A DNA stretch of 64,000 nucleotides from Eledone cirrhosa (GCA_964016885.1 OZ024742.1:156178001-156242000), one strand, 5' to 3'. Counted from the first letter of the stretch, positions 44,379 to 58,857 are shown. Notes: generated from the sequence alone by a model not told the origin. Program-made: numbers and translations.

Positions 44379-46190
44379 GTTATATCATTCTATCTCTCAC
44401 TATATGTGGCTGTATACACGTGCGTGTTTCTGTGATTGTGTCTGCGTATATGCATATTTATACATACACGTACACAACTATCAACAATGAATATCACATT
44501 GCCGAGCACACAGATAAAGACAATCCCCATGTCGGCAGTTATTCCTTTACAATAAAATAACTCTACGTTAGTTTAATATAAAGCTGTTTTGTAAATCGTA
44601 CGTAAATATATTTACACCATTTACGTACCACCCCTGAGAATATGTTTGTATACGAGTAAAAATCCATCATATTTACATTAAAGTCACGTCATATTTACAA
44701 TCACCATCTTGAGGCATATCAAATCTTCTCATCGTGTAGGTTTTCCTATCCAATTTATCTTGGTATATGGTTATTTTTTTTAAGCACAGCTCGAATTATT
44801 ATTTCATGTATATGTTCAGATGTAGCACATAATAAAATCATTCATATACATGTGCTTTTCATTCAATGTAGCAGCGTCTGTATCATAACATTATCATATT
44901 GTTAACTCTCTTCATTACAAAAGCACGCAGGTAACTATATACACACACAGGTAACTATATACACACACAAGTACCCTAACTCTATCAACCACACATACAC
45001 GCAAACCAACGCAAGCACCCACCTACCCATACAACCCTGACACATATAAATATATATATATAGAGAGAGAGACGCGTAGATAGGGAGAGACATAGATCAT
45101 TAAGAGAGATGAATAATTATTGGATATATAAAATTTATCTCTTAATATACATCAACGTCTCCCATAAATTACCAGTTAATTATAGTAACGAATGCGTTAT
45201 TGTGAGTACATCAGTGTATGTTTCACCCGCAAAATATATACTGGTCTTGAAAATTGTGATCTGTTTATTTAGGATAATGTTTTCTCGTTTCTGTAAAGCA
45301 GCTTCAAGCTAATAGCATTGGTTTGCTTTCAATACGTTGAGGCGATATGATCCATTAATAATAAGTATGAATTCTATCTTCCCACTACTAAATTGTATAT
45401 ACTCCCTAATGACTATTTATTTATATATTGCTAAAGTTTGTCTGTATTTAAAAGAAACGTAGAATCCGTAAAATTCTGAGATTTCAATGAAGGACTACTT
45501 TTGTGTATTATAGTAACGTTACGAGGAATTCATATCACATATTTGGCAAGATCTTGTTGAATAAAGCTTTCAAAATTTGAAACGATCCCCTAAAATGTAG
45601 TGGAAAATTAGTAAGAGATTCTATCGGCAATTGGGATTTATTAGCTTTTACTTTATCCCGTTTAAAAGGGTGAAAGGAGGAACATCCCTTTTAAACGGAA
45701 CACACTGCAAAGAAGAGACAATAACTTTTCAGAAATATATTTTCCGGAGATTAACCCAATTAAACAAGTTTAAACATGTTTAAACATAATTAAAACGAGC
45801 CGAGCGATGGTATTTCTACAAAATTGAAAGCAATACTTCTAGGATGATACTAATAAGATGTCCGTCATTTTCCAAGCTTTTCAAACACTAGGTGCATTGT
45901 TTCAACATTAAGAAAAACGTGTTTTTCTCAAATTTGCACAAGTGTATATATAAAAAGTAATGTTCTGTGAATAGTTATGCCCACACACACATCCATGTAT
46001 GTGTGAACGTATGTGCTCGCGAATATAGACACATACATATACATGGGTACATACACAGATAGTGCACACACATAATATTGCATACATACGCACATACATA
46101 TATATATGTATATATATACATACATAGGTACATATGTATATACATACATACATACATAAAGTATATACATATATACATACATACATACAT

Positions 46191-49100
46191 TTAAATGAAC
46201 AGGCAAAACGTATCATTAGATGTAAATTGATACATCTAACGGAATTGAGTGATACTACAAATACAGCCCTTGTAGACAACCACCCACCTCCACTGATAGA
46301 CAAAGAGAATGGCCAGCTAAATCTAACAGTTAACAGCTCACCAACAATTTTGCTGAAATCCATCCCACTTCTACTGAAGAACAGCGAGAAAGGTCAGCTA
46401 ACTCTAGTAGTAATTGTTACCACATCAACAACGAGGCTGAAATTCATGACTCTACTGAACAAATAGAACACAAAAAACTTGTGGACACCTTACAAGTGAT
46501 ATGGAACGATATGTTTCAAGAGATACACAGCCTTAATGTGAGTGACATACCATACAACACCAGAATCAGTAAAGAACCCACTAAATTGGAAATGGAAGCG
46601 GTGAACGAAATAGCTGGCAATTATCTGTAGGCTATACGATCTAAAGGTGTAGAAACGACATTTGAAGCACTTAATATTTTGTTATATATTTCAGCTGTCA
46701 CATTGCTATCATATAACACATCTAAAAACACGCAATCAAGATACAAACAAAAAGCTTGAACCAGCGTGGATGCGACATTTAAAAAAACAAATTTTGTCCC
46801 TGAGACGAAGTATCTCACACAACGCAGTCGTTATGAAATGCAACATAGAGAGCAACTTCACACGACAAAAGGAAGACCTATAAAAAAAAGGTAGAAAGAC
46901 GATTTGGAGATACACAATTTACAACAGCAAGACTAAAATATAAGTCAACAGCACATAAACGACAAGTGCTAAATAGATTGTTTGCCAGAGATCCTAAATC
47001 AGTTTATCGCAGCTTCGGTGGCAACAGCTCAATCCCTGTAAATGACACCCCTTCAAAAGAACAGGTTGAGAGCTACTGGAGATCTGTATGGGAAACGGAT
47101 GACGGATTCAACAGACAAACTAATTGGCTAAAAGAACTGGAACAGGACTACTGCCAACATGTCCAGACAAAACAATATGACATAGATGGGTCAATACTGG
47201 AAACAGCTCGACAGAAAATGTCGAATAGGAAATCGCCAGGCCCAGACCTCATTACAGTGTACTGGTTGAAGAATTTCACTTTCTATCGGCAAGATCTCAT
47301 ACGGCTGTTTACAGAAACCATTAAAGGCACACAAGAACTGGCCAGATGGTTATCAACTGCCACTACTCTCCTCATTCCCCAAAATAGCCAAACCACCCTT
47401 GCTAAAAATTACCGCCCAATAGCCTGCCAAAACATTATGTATAAATTATATACTGGGTGCCTTAACCTGTTCTTACAGGATCACTGTGCAACATCATAAG
47501 ACCTGAGCAGGCTGGTGGAAAAAGGGAGGTGTGGGGTTGAATAGATCACCTACTAACTAATAAAATGATTCAGGAAAAAACAACAAAGAATCGCAGAAAC
47601 ATGACTGTGGTGTGGCTGGACTATCAAAAAGCATTTCATAGTGTACCTCATGGGTGGATTATTAAGGCTTTACAGTTAGCCAAAGTCCCACAACCATTGG
47701 TAGCTGCTGTTCAACGCCTTACCAAGAACTGGTACACCAATTTATCCTTAGAGGTGAGAAGGAGCAAGTTAAGACTGATAAGATACATTAACAGAAGGGC
47801 ATTTTCAGGGTGATAGCTTGTCAGAGCTACTCTTCGTTCTCTCACTGAATCCACTATCTTACCTACTCAGGAAACAAGGTGGACAAAGAAGTGGATCCAG
47901 AAGTATTTCCCATTTTTTCTTTGTTGATGACTAAAAGTTGTATGGGCCAAATATCAATTACATCAAGAAACAATTGGATCTCATTACACAATTTTCAACC
48001 GACATCAAAATAAAATTTGGTGAGTCCAAGTGTGCATATTTGGCATTAAAACATGGAAGAGCTGTGTCCTCCTCTAGAAATCTAGAGATGAACGGCCTGA
48101 CAATACAACCTCTACAGTCAGGTGACAACTACAGATATCTTGGACATGATGAGAATGTCAGATATGATGGACCCATAAATAAGGAGAGAACCAGAACTGA
48201 ATACCTCAGAAGAGTAAAGAAAATATGGTTATCAGAACTGTCAGCGTACAACAAATACATTGCCCACAATACTTATGCTGTGCCAATTCTAACGCAACAT
48301 TTGGCCTACTGAACTGGTCATTTCAAGAACTAAGTGAGATGGATGTTAGAACTCGCAAACTTCTAAGTGTTACTGGGAATTTTAACATCAATGGTGATGT
48401 GGATAGGCTATACTTCTCATGCAAGGAAGGTGGCCGGGGTCTAAAATCAATACTAACAACATATGAGACCCGGATAGTAACACTGAAGCAACACATTCAA
48501 CAGAAGAAAAAGGTTGGCAACCATCTTGCCCAGGTTTATGAGCATGAAAAAAAAAATCATTAGAATAGCCACTGATCTGGAGGAGAGAACTGGAATAAAG
48601 CCTGATATAAATCTCCCAGCCAGAGAAATCGGAAGATCCTATTCAATGTTCAAACAAGATAAAAAAATTGCCCAATTTACAGACAAAGTTGAGCATGGAT
48701 ACTTGAGACGTAAAACACAGACCATAGAGAAGATAAACCACTCAAAAAGCCTGGCATGGAGTTCCGACAAGTTTATGACATCACACCTTGACGGATATCT
48801 CTATGCAATACAGGAACAATAACTCCCTACCAAATATCTGCTGCACAAAAGAGGAGGGCCAGCAGCTGACAATAAATGTAGGCTATGTAAAAGAAACATT
48901 GAGGATGTAAGCCACATTGTGCCAGCTGCGAAAGAATGTCATCTCGCTACTACCTCCCCATGAGACACGCTGGGGTAGCTAGAACCATCTGGAATGCACT
49001 TCGGAAAACAATTAACAACAAACGAGGAAGAATATATTGAGACAGATGGCACTAAGGAATACTGGTGGAACCTGAAAATAAAGACTGCCACCAAATTAAA

Positions 49101-49527
49101 ACGCAACCGGCCTGACATTGTTGTTTGGGACCACACATTGAAAACGTGTTCTGTTGTGGAGATCAGCTGCCCACTTGATGTAAACGTTGTCAGAAAAATA
49201 CAGGAGAAGGAGGACTTCTACGTACCATTGATGAGGAGTTTACAAATCCAATATCCAAGATACACTTTTAGCTTCATACCCATCATTATTGGAGCTACGG
49301 GTTATCTACCAACCCGCTTGGACCAACGTATGACTGAACTTGGATTTGCGGACAAAAAGCGCAGCTCCCTAATTCATAGTCTACAAATGGCTGCGTTAGC
49401 TGGCACCTTAAAAATTTGCAAAACATTCTTGCGATTCAAGGGATGACATTTTCTTTTCTTTTACAACCTTGCCACCAGGAAGGTGGCCGGTCAAAAAAAA
49501 ATACTCGAAATTAAGAGAAAGAGATAA
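46191..49527 (+). mobile_element. Degenerate R4/Dong-clade non-LTR retrotransposon (RT plus RLE), element A
   Basis: KSPGPD, NYRPIAC, WLDYQKAF, FQGDSLS, FFFVDD, YRYLG, EGGRGL, CRLC, NRPDIVVWD...VEISCP in several frames; (CATA)n on both sides. Confidence 0.9.
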
Positions 49528-49550
49528 CATACATACAGACATACATACAT

Positions 49551-50343
49551 ATCACCCATGTCATCAGCAGCTATCCACAGATGTCATCGCGGTACTATCT
49601 ACCTATGAGGCATGATGTAGTGGCCAAAACACTGTACAATGCAGTTCGTAAAAAAGATATCCCCGATAATAAACACATTAACAGCTACAACAATGTGGAA
49701 GACTTCCTAGTACATAATATGAAAGAGTACTGGTGGAATGTTCCAGTAGAAACTCCAATAAAATGCAGGCATAACAGACCAGATATTATGATATGGGACA
49801 GGGAGAAGAAAACATGCACAGTAGTGGAAATTAGCTGCCCAGCAGATGCCAATATAATATCAAAGATTAGTGAAAAGGAGAATATTTATGCAGAACTGAT
49901 GAGAAATATGCAGATACTCCACCCTGATTACACCTTCAGATTTATGCCTGTGACTATTGGGGAGCTGGGATATGTTAGGAACTGCCTCAATACAAATCCT
50001 GCGAAGCTAGGCTTCACAGGAACAGAAAGAACACGACTAATTAAGAAATTACAAGTACAATCCATTAATGGAACAGTAAAATATGTAAAACATTCCAAAA
50101 ATGTTGCATCTAATAAGTGCATATACACATGTACAGATACAAAGCATATACACATGCACACATACAACTCAAAACATACACATCCACACATACAATAACA
50201 TCCATATCTACACATGCAGACATACATACATATCTAGCTAATTGATGTTGTGTAAATTTCAATGAGAGAGTATTGTGTCTATGTTAGACACCGACTCTCT
50301 CTCTATTGGTAAAACTTTGTGAAATTATAAAACCACAAGAACC
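49551..50343 (+). mobile_element. R4/Dong-clade 3' fragment (RLE domain), element B
   Basis: ORF 49581-50198 YLPMRHDVVA...HNRPDIMIWD...VEISCP; 3'UTR hairpin; followed by (TACA)n. Confidence 0.88.
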
Positions 50344-50710
50344 TACATACATATATACATACATACATATAGCCATATTCATTTCGATATGTATTTGAAC
50401 TAGTCAAAAATAATTCAAGCTACTGTAAAACGAACTGAAATAAAGAATTCTATCCAACACCTTTGTACGGACTGTGACAGACTTAGAAAAAAACTGTATA
50501 TATATATATATATCTCCCAAGGTAACTCTCTCTTGTGTTGTTATTTTAATTTTATCCTTTATACTCTTCCCTTCATTCTACACATCTCACACATCTTTAC
50601 ACACCACGCATCTCAACGTACACCCACTTACATCTCTCTCTCCACCACCGGACCTTGTTACCCGGAGATTTACCCATTTGCATTGTCGAGGCTTCCAAAC
50701 GACTTCAAGA

Positions 50711-50746
<36 letters not shown>

Positions 50747-50951
50747 TATGTATACGTACATACATATATGTATACAGGCGTACAGTAGTATGTATATATA
50801 TATACATACATGCACACATATATATATATATATACGTATGGATTTACCGAACATTTATTATAATGCTCTGTGTGTTTGTAAACAAACATCCCGTATTAAA
50901 CAGTAGTTTCCAGCAACCATCGTTACTCATTTGTTCAACACTGACAAAGGA

Positions 50952-50994
50952 ACGCTGTACTAGTTTCAAGCTTATTAGCTATCGTCAGCAACGT
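50952..50994 (-). ncRNA. Minimal type I hammerhead ribozyme (mirror copy, CTGACGA core)
   Basis: Reverse complement reads ACGTTG-CTGACGA-TAGCTAATAAGCTT-GAAA-CTAGTA-CAGCGT. Confidence 0.83.
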
Positions 50995-51204
50995 ATAGCT
51001 TCCTGCCAAATATTTACCTTATGCATATTAACGGCTGAGAATCGCAATTTGCATATCGAGTGGGTTAATCGGCCGGGTGCACCGAAAACGATAAATGTTT
51101 CATTTGTTTCCGTTTCATTTTTTACTCGATATGCAAATTGGGCTTCTCAGCCGTTAATATGCATAAGGTAAATATATACGTTCAACAATCTGGCAGGAAG
51201 GTAT

Positions 51205-51247
51205 ACGTTGCTGATGATAGCTAATAAGCTTGAAACTAGTACAGCGT
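51205..51247 (+). ncRNA. Minimal type I hammerhead ribozyme
   Basis: ACGTTG-CTGATGA-tAGCTaataAGCTt-GAAA-CTAGTA-CAGCGT; 6-bp stem I, palindromic ACTAGT stem III, GUA site. Confidence 0.85.
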
Positions 51248-51510
51248 TCCTTTGTCAGTGTTGAACAAACGAGTAACGATGGTTGCTGGACACTACGGCT
51301 TAATACGGGATGTTTGTTTACAAACACACAGAGCATTATAATAAATGTTCGGTGAATCCATATGTACATATATATATGTCTGCATGTATGTATATATATC
51401 TATGCATACTACTGTACGTCTGTATACATATATGTATGTACGTGTACATACTTATATTTAAGTAACAGCCGTACTAAGAGTGGGAAATGAAATTTCGTTT
51501 CATTTTTTCC

Positions 51511-51602
<92 letters not shown>

Positions 51603-51657
51603 ATATACATATATGTGTGTGTGTGGATGTAATTATATATATATATTTATATATATA

Positions 51658-52794
51658 GAACAAGTAGGACCCCTCTGTAGCCTCAGTACCCTACCCCCAT
51701 TATTTTATGATAGAATTGGCCGATTCCGCTTTTTATAGCAGATGTGCTTAACCCCATATACTTGCTTTCTTCTCTGGTTGCTGCCCCATTTCCGTGATTT
51801 CTAGATTTCTTAGTGGTATTTCTGCTTTAGTTTCTCCTATATCAGTATTTATTTTTTGGGATTCTGAATTAATTGTTCGTATTAGTTTTTCATATATATT
51901 GTACGAGTATTTATGTAGATTGTATGAGTATTTACGTAGATTGTATTATAATTTATCTACTGTAGCAGTACTTATATATATAGTATTAGTATTCATTTTC
52001 GGGATTCTGAATGAACATTTCGTATTAGTTTCGGGATCTGAATTAATATTTCGTATTAGATTTTTTTAGTATGTTGGCCCTCAACTTATCGACCTGTTAT
52101 TGTAAGATAGATTTGGCCGATTACTACTAACTATTGTAGTGGTGGTAGACCCCTGTTGTAATGATGGCCTCATAAAATTCTTTGACTACAATCTCGTATT
52201 TAGTATTCCTTCCCACCTATTAAACTTGTCTATAGCTTAGCTGTACCAGTGAGAGATTTGATGATTGTGGAAGGGGACTAGTAACCAGAAATTTGTTTTT
52301 TTATGTTTTTTTATATTTTCTTTACTTATTGTTTCAACTTATTGTTTCAACTTATTGTTTCAACCTGTTGTTTCAACTTATTTTGTGAACTTCCTCCTCC
52401 CTCCCCTTCTCTAGTATACTTTTTTCGAACTTCTATACACTATCCTTAGAATCTGCTGTAGATTTCACTTTCAACGCTTGACTGGGTTCCTTCTACTGGC
52501 AAGTTCATCTACCCTACCTTCCACAAAATGCCATGATAGAATCATGTGTCTTAACAACAACCTTTTGATCAATCCTTGTGACGATCACTTTTACAATATA
52601 TGGAATTACCCCCTGAGAAGTTCGGCTATTCATTTACCAGGCTAAACATTTTCATTTAGTCCAGAATTAGCCGTCAAACGGCTTGAGCTCAGCTGTCGGG
52701 GCCCTACTTGTTTCTATTACCCACTCTACTACCCTAAATATTGATTACTTTGGTGCGTTATGGTCCATCTGGTTCCTTACCACATTTCCTTCGT
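51658..52794 (+). mobile_element. PLE-type 3'UTR/pLTR remnant (copy 2 of the 26301-27203 family) with damaged HHR at 52609-52701
   Basis: Similar to 26990-27203; core CTGAGAA and loss of the G of GAAA. Confidence 0.65.
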
Positions 52795-52932
52795 TATATA
52801 TATAGAGATTTCATCTGAATGAAACAGTACTAGTCCCGTAGAAGCTCCTTCTCTAAAATAAAAAAAAATTACTCTGCCATGTATTGAGTACCTTACTTAC
52901 TGTGGTTATCCCCGACTCAACCCGGGACCTAC

Positions 52933-53003
<71 letters not shown>

Positions 53004-53098
53004 ATGCTAATATTTATTCTATAATTTTCTTTTGCAATATTAAAAGCCTTACAAGTAATATAATCATGAAAGCCATCATATAACGACATTATCAATGT

Positions 53099-53129
<31 letters not shown>

Positions 53130-53465
53130 CTACATATATATATTGTTTTGAAATATAAACACAATTTCAAATACAGTTTTTATGTTTCAGGAAATATTTA
53201 CTTTCCGCATTATCTGTTTCACTTACAAAATTCCATACATATACATTAACATATCTTCTTTAATATCTTGCAATGACTGCAACTAACTTCTGAAGTGAAA
53301 TTGACGGTGAAAGTTATATTGCTTCATATATCATACATAATTACACGTTCTAAATATATCAACACGTTGTCCATGTGAGAATATATGCGCCAATCTCATG
53401 ATCGACAATTTTCTCAGATTATATATTCTTATGTATTAACACGCACACACACGCACTCAGTCTCA

Positions 53466-53950
<485 letters not shown>

Positions 53951-53981
53951 ATATAACACACACGCACATATATATATACGT

Positions 53982-54093
<112 letters not shown>

Positions 54094-54307
54094 GAATGTA
54101 TGAATACATCATTTTAAATCATTTTTATTAATTCTAGAAAGTGCCGTGAGGGTTTAAAATTTGAAAACGCAAATATCTCAAATGTACAAGTGACTATCGT
54201 TTACTATGAAAATCGTTTACTAGTTGAGAAAATCGCGTAAATCACATATTTTAACCGATATTCTCCAATGATTAGTCATTTCATAGGTCTGTTATTAGTC
54301 AGTGTAT

Positions 54308-54489
54308 ACGGTATTGGCAGTATCGGTAGAGGTTCGGACACCAGGATTTTACGCGTAGAGTTACGGGAATGCCATTCTGAGTTCAAATCCTGCCGAGGTT
54401 AACCTGCTGAGGTTGACCTGTCATTCTTACGGGGTCGATAAAATAAAGTACCAGTAATGCACTGGGTAATTGCGGGCCTTGTAGAAACA

Positions 54490-54526
<37 letters not shown>
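54308..54526 (+). mobile_element. tRNA-derived SINE (copy 1), (ATT)n tail
   Basis: A box TGGCAGTATCGG, B box GAGTTCAAATCC, central 'tacggggtcgataaaataaagtaccag' (MetaSINE-domain-like from memory); three copies in window. Confidence 0.82.
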
Positions 54527-54527
<1 letters not shown>

Positions 54528-56230
54528 AGTTGCATTTATCTTGCTTTATGTTGATACGAGTTGTCACCAAGTCACAACCAGTGACCTCAAGAGACAACAA
54601 GGTCCGCCATGTTCAAGAAAGAACATACATACTCACACATGCATCTTTAGTGTTTAGACTTGTGATGTACTTATATTGACAGAATCTTCCTTAGTATATG
54701 GGCAGTTACCATTAGTACTATCTTTTGTATTTCTCCTATACGCGGGTTTCCTGGGATTTGCGATAAGTAATCATTAGACCCCTTAGGTATCATTCCCAGA
54801 GCGCCTACAACCACTGGTATTGTTTTAGTTCTCAATGTCCACATTTTTCCAATTTCTATCTCCAGGTCCTTATACTTGCTCAATTTTTCAAATGTTTTTA
54901 TAGATACATTCTTGTCTATTGGAACAGACATATCAATTAGCAGGCATACCCTCTTTTTAAAGTCCTTCAATATTATATCAGGTCTATTTGCATCTATTTT
55001 TCGGTCTGTTTGGATGCTAAAGTTCCACAAGATTGAGATGTGATCTTTTTCAAGTATGGGAGGTGGTTGATGCTCCCACCAATTCTTTTGATGGGGCAGG
55101 TCAAAATGCTTACACATTATCGAATGTATGTATTGTGCAGCTCTGTCATTCCTGTTTAGGTATTCGGTTGGAGCTATAGGACTGCACATTGAAATTATAT
55201 GGTCAATGGTCTCTGGTTGTTTTTTGCATACACGGCATAATGGGCTGCATCCATTTTTTATTATGTTGGCTTGGTAATTTTTTGTTGGCAGACACTGATC
55301 TTGTGCTGATATAATCAGTCCTTCAGTCTCGGATTTCAGCCCAGACAATGCCAACCACTGATGGGTTAAAGTTTTGTCAACATCAGGATTGATAGCTCGC
55401 TCTGGGTATTTTCCATACAGAGGCTTTTCTTGCCATTTCTTAGCCAGTTTCTGTAGCAGTTCTTTCTTTGCAGTTACTTTTACCTGCTTTGCTTTTTCTG
55501 TGTTTTCCATTTCAGTAGTAAATGGGACTTCTGAAATTTGTAGTCCATTACTGTATCTTTGTGCATCTTTTGTAATGGAATATGATCTTTTGATGCTTTC
55601 GTGTTTCAAAACGAGTTTGATCATCCAATCATGTGATTCCCTTAGATATGTAGATAATCCAATTGTTGCAGTTTTCAACGCAATGTCTAACTGGATTAAC
55701 CCACGTCCTCCTTTCTTTGCTAGGGAGATATATTCTATCTATATCTGCCTTAGGGTGATGCATTCTGTGCATGGTTAAGCATTTTCGAATGTTTGTATCG
55801 AGCCTACGGATCTCTGTGCTTGACCAGTTGATGACATTGTAAATGTAGGTTATTACTGGTATGGCAAGCGTGTTTATGGCATCGATCCTATTCCTTGCAT
55901 TCAATTCCGTTCTTAAGATTGCTCTTACTCTGCGGTAACATTCCTTCCTTATCCTTTCCCTCATTGTCGAGTGCTTGATTCCGTCTCCTTCACAAACACC
56001 TAGATATTTGTAAGTTTTTTTCTTGATCAAGTTCTCTTATCACGTTCCCCCGATCAAGATTAATGTCTGAACTCTTCAGTAGCTTTCCTCTGGTGAACGG
56101 TTCTTTGGCGCATTTATCTAGTCCAAACTCCATTTTAATGTCATCACTGAACTGCTCCACAGTGGATAATAGCCCTTGCAATTGTTCATCATTTTTTGCA
56201 AATAGTTTCAGGTCATCCATGTAGAACACG

Positions 56231-56231
<1 letters not shown>
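54527..56231 (-). mobile_element. R4/Dong-clade retrotransposon, 5'-truncated, element C, in (TAA)n
   Basis: FYMDDLKLFA, YKYLG, CRVC...ETIDHIISMC, NRPDII, LQ/IQKIVLMVTAHILRKIL; (TAA)n on both sides of its sense strand. Confidence 0.92.
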
Positions 56232-56275
<44 letters not shown>

Positions 56276-56287
56276 GTTGTTGTTATT

Positions 56288-56434
56288 CCTTGAATCTCAG
56301 TCATTGATGTTGGTTAACTGGAAAGTCCGTTGGAATGAATATCAAGCCACTACCTGCAGCCTCAGATATTCAGGACGTATCGGAGGGTTCTTGCTGTTCC
56401 AAGCAAGCATGCCTTTTGAAGCGTTCCAAAAAGC

Positions 56435-56436
<2 letters not shown>
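56288..56436 (-). mobile_element. R4/Dong-clade extreme 3' fragment, element D
   Basis: Minus-strand frame reads GTLQKACLLGTARTLRYVLNI* then a short 3'UTR and (TAA)n. Confidence 0.75.
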
Positions 56437-56480
<44 letters not shown>

Positions 56481-56507
56481 AATTATTATTATTATTACAA
56501 TTATTTG

Positions 56508-56708
56508 GGCGGTGGATTCGCGGCATCGGTAGAGATCGGACGCCATGCTTTGACGCATAGAGTTACGGCCCTTGCCATTTTGAGTTCAAATCCCATCGAG
56601 GTTAACTGTGCCTTTTATCCTTACGGGGTCGATAAAATAAAGTACCAGTAATATACTGGGTAATTGCTGGCCTTGCGCCAAAAGTAGAAACAATTATTAT
56701 TATTATTA
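56508..56708 (+). mobile_element. tRNA-derived SINE (copy 2)
   Basis: Aligns with 54308-54526; B box GAGTTCAAATCC; (ATT)n tail. Confidence 0.82.
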
Positions 56709-58471
56709 GTATATTTTGTTGTTTTTGTTGTTATTATTTGTTCATGAATAGACAAATGACAAATATTGCAGATTACTTCGTAAGTCATGTTGTTGTTCAA
56801 CTGATAGTAAAACGTTTATACTGCCACATTTATTCTTTTTTTGTTAATAAACTGACCGTGTTACTCGTATCCTGGTCGGTTGTCCTCTATTTCCATATTT
56901 TGTGGGCTAAATCAATCAGTTATTTTCAAACACATTTCCCAAAGTTTGTTTTCTTAAAGCATGGTGAATGGAGAAATGTCATCCACAGAATGGAACAGCA
57001 GAATGTCAGTGGCCAAACTCCAACTATTGTAGAAAGCAACAAGAAGGCTTAAACAGTACAACAGACATAACACCACGACCAACAACCACTACCATCTCAG
57101 AGCACAACAACAAATCTGAACTATCACGCCCGTGACAAAATCATTCTCTACATTTAGAAAAAAATAACCATGGACATATATTTATCGAATAGAAAATCAG
57201 TTAGAAGCATTTTACCGAGTCAGCGAAATGTATTGATCAAAGAATGGAGACAGTACTTGGTGCTATTATATAAAATGCAGTATCAACCATAAAAATCTGG
57301 CGTAGATCCGACAAAGATGATATCGTTCCGGATCGCATATTTCTCACAAATAATTTCATGTATCTAAATGTCATGTTAGTAGTCACAGCACTAATTTAGC
57401 TTGTCCAAACATTTCAATGGTGAGGAAAATATTGAGTTTGCCTGATCGAAGAACGGCGCGAACCATATGTTCAATTGAAGTGTGCCGAACAGATATATGT
57501 TTATGGGTTAAGGGAACAGCGTTGCTGTACGTAATTTGACAACTAAAATGGAGACATGAGTGTATGGACTAGAAGGTACTGTGTGACTAGATTAAGAAGA
57601 AACTAGACAATAGATGTGGGAGTTGTGCATATGATGTTAGTGACAGTGTGATAGCATACAGAAGAAAAAATCAGAACTTAAATTAAGGGGATGAATATGT
57701 TAGTGTTTATATCTGTGAGTGATAGATAACATAGAACCTAAATGCAATGATAGTTAACACTGATTCGTAGGATAAATCTGGCATTAAACCCTTTGTCAAT
57801 GCCCACTGTGTTAAGAAAATGATATATGTGCAACGTGTTCGTAATTAAAGGAGTTCTCAATATAATGATATCTGAATAGATACAACAATTTGTACAAATA
57901 AAAACATAATATTACATATAAGAAACGCCGTCAATAGGTAATTAAATGATAATAAATCACAGTAAATATCATTCGATTTGAGCTTCGACAGATTTGGCGA
58001 TGTTTCAAATAAGTCTTTCCTTTGCAGGCAATGCACCAAATAGAATGTCCTCCCCTGAGAGGAAGGGCGATGTTCAGTAGTATGTCGACCATAACAAACT
58101 ATGAACTACATCTAAACACTCTTGAATATATGTACGGAAATACAAGTCCATATACACAGAAATGTATTTGTGTGTTGGACCTACGTTTGTTTTGAAGACG
58201 ATTTTTGTACAAACTGCCTGCGAGGGAAATTAACGAGAATATTTTTGAGTGTTCCCATACCTGAGTCCATATTAATTATTAACTAATTCAGTGTAACGCA
58301 GTGTAGGCCAAGGTGTAAATTTTGATGTTCCATTTCTTGTTGGCTGGTGAGTTGACTGCAGAAATGTGAAATATATTACGTTGCTCAAGAAACACCCTCT
58401 TACAGGAATCAGAGTCAATCCGTATATGAATAACAATTAAATAAACAGAAACACACACAAACACACACACA

Positions 58472-58509
<38 letters not shown>

Positions 58510-58513
<4 letters not shown>

Positions 58514-58857
58514 TAAACGGAATAGAAAATGCTGACAAATTGTTCACAGTTGAAAAATGGTTTAATTAGGAATAAAAGAGTATTAGTGATTGTATTGGTT
58601 AGTATTCAGTTGTGGTTTTAAGTTTTTAATTTTTATCGGTTGCGCATTTCTAAATGCTTTTCAAAAATAATTTTGAGATAGAGTGTCCGTGCTGTTTGCT
58701 CTGATCTGATTAGTTTTGGGAATTCTACCTGTTTTTATGTTAAAAAAGTGGCTCCAGCGTTATTTTGGTGTTGCAAAAATACTTGTGGTCAATACCCACA
58801 TATAAACACAATGACATACGTAAACACACATGCTCTGTGGTGCAACACAAAAAAATC

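Larger units (their letters stand above)
50745..51452. mobile_element. Fold-back element, about 320-bp arms, each with an intact HHR
   Basis: 50745-51061 is the reverse complement of 51124-51452. Confidence 0.9.

Noticed and set aside
54308-54400. tRNA gene
   Set aside because: A and B boxes are present but there is no cloverleaf, and it continues into a SINE body and tail
58028-58085. Possible micro-exon after acceptor tctttcctttgcag
   Set aside because: The phase-1 frame stops after about 17 codons, no Ig similarity and no clear donor
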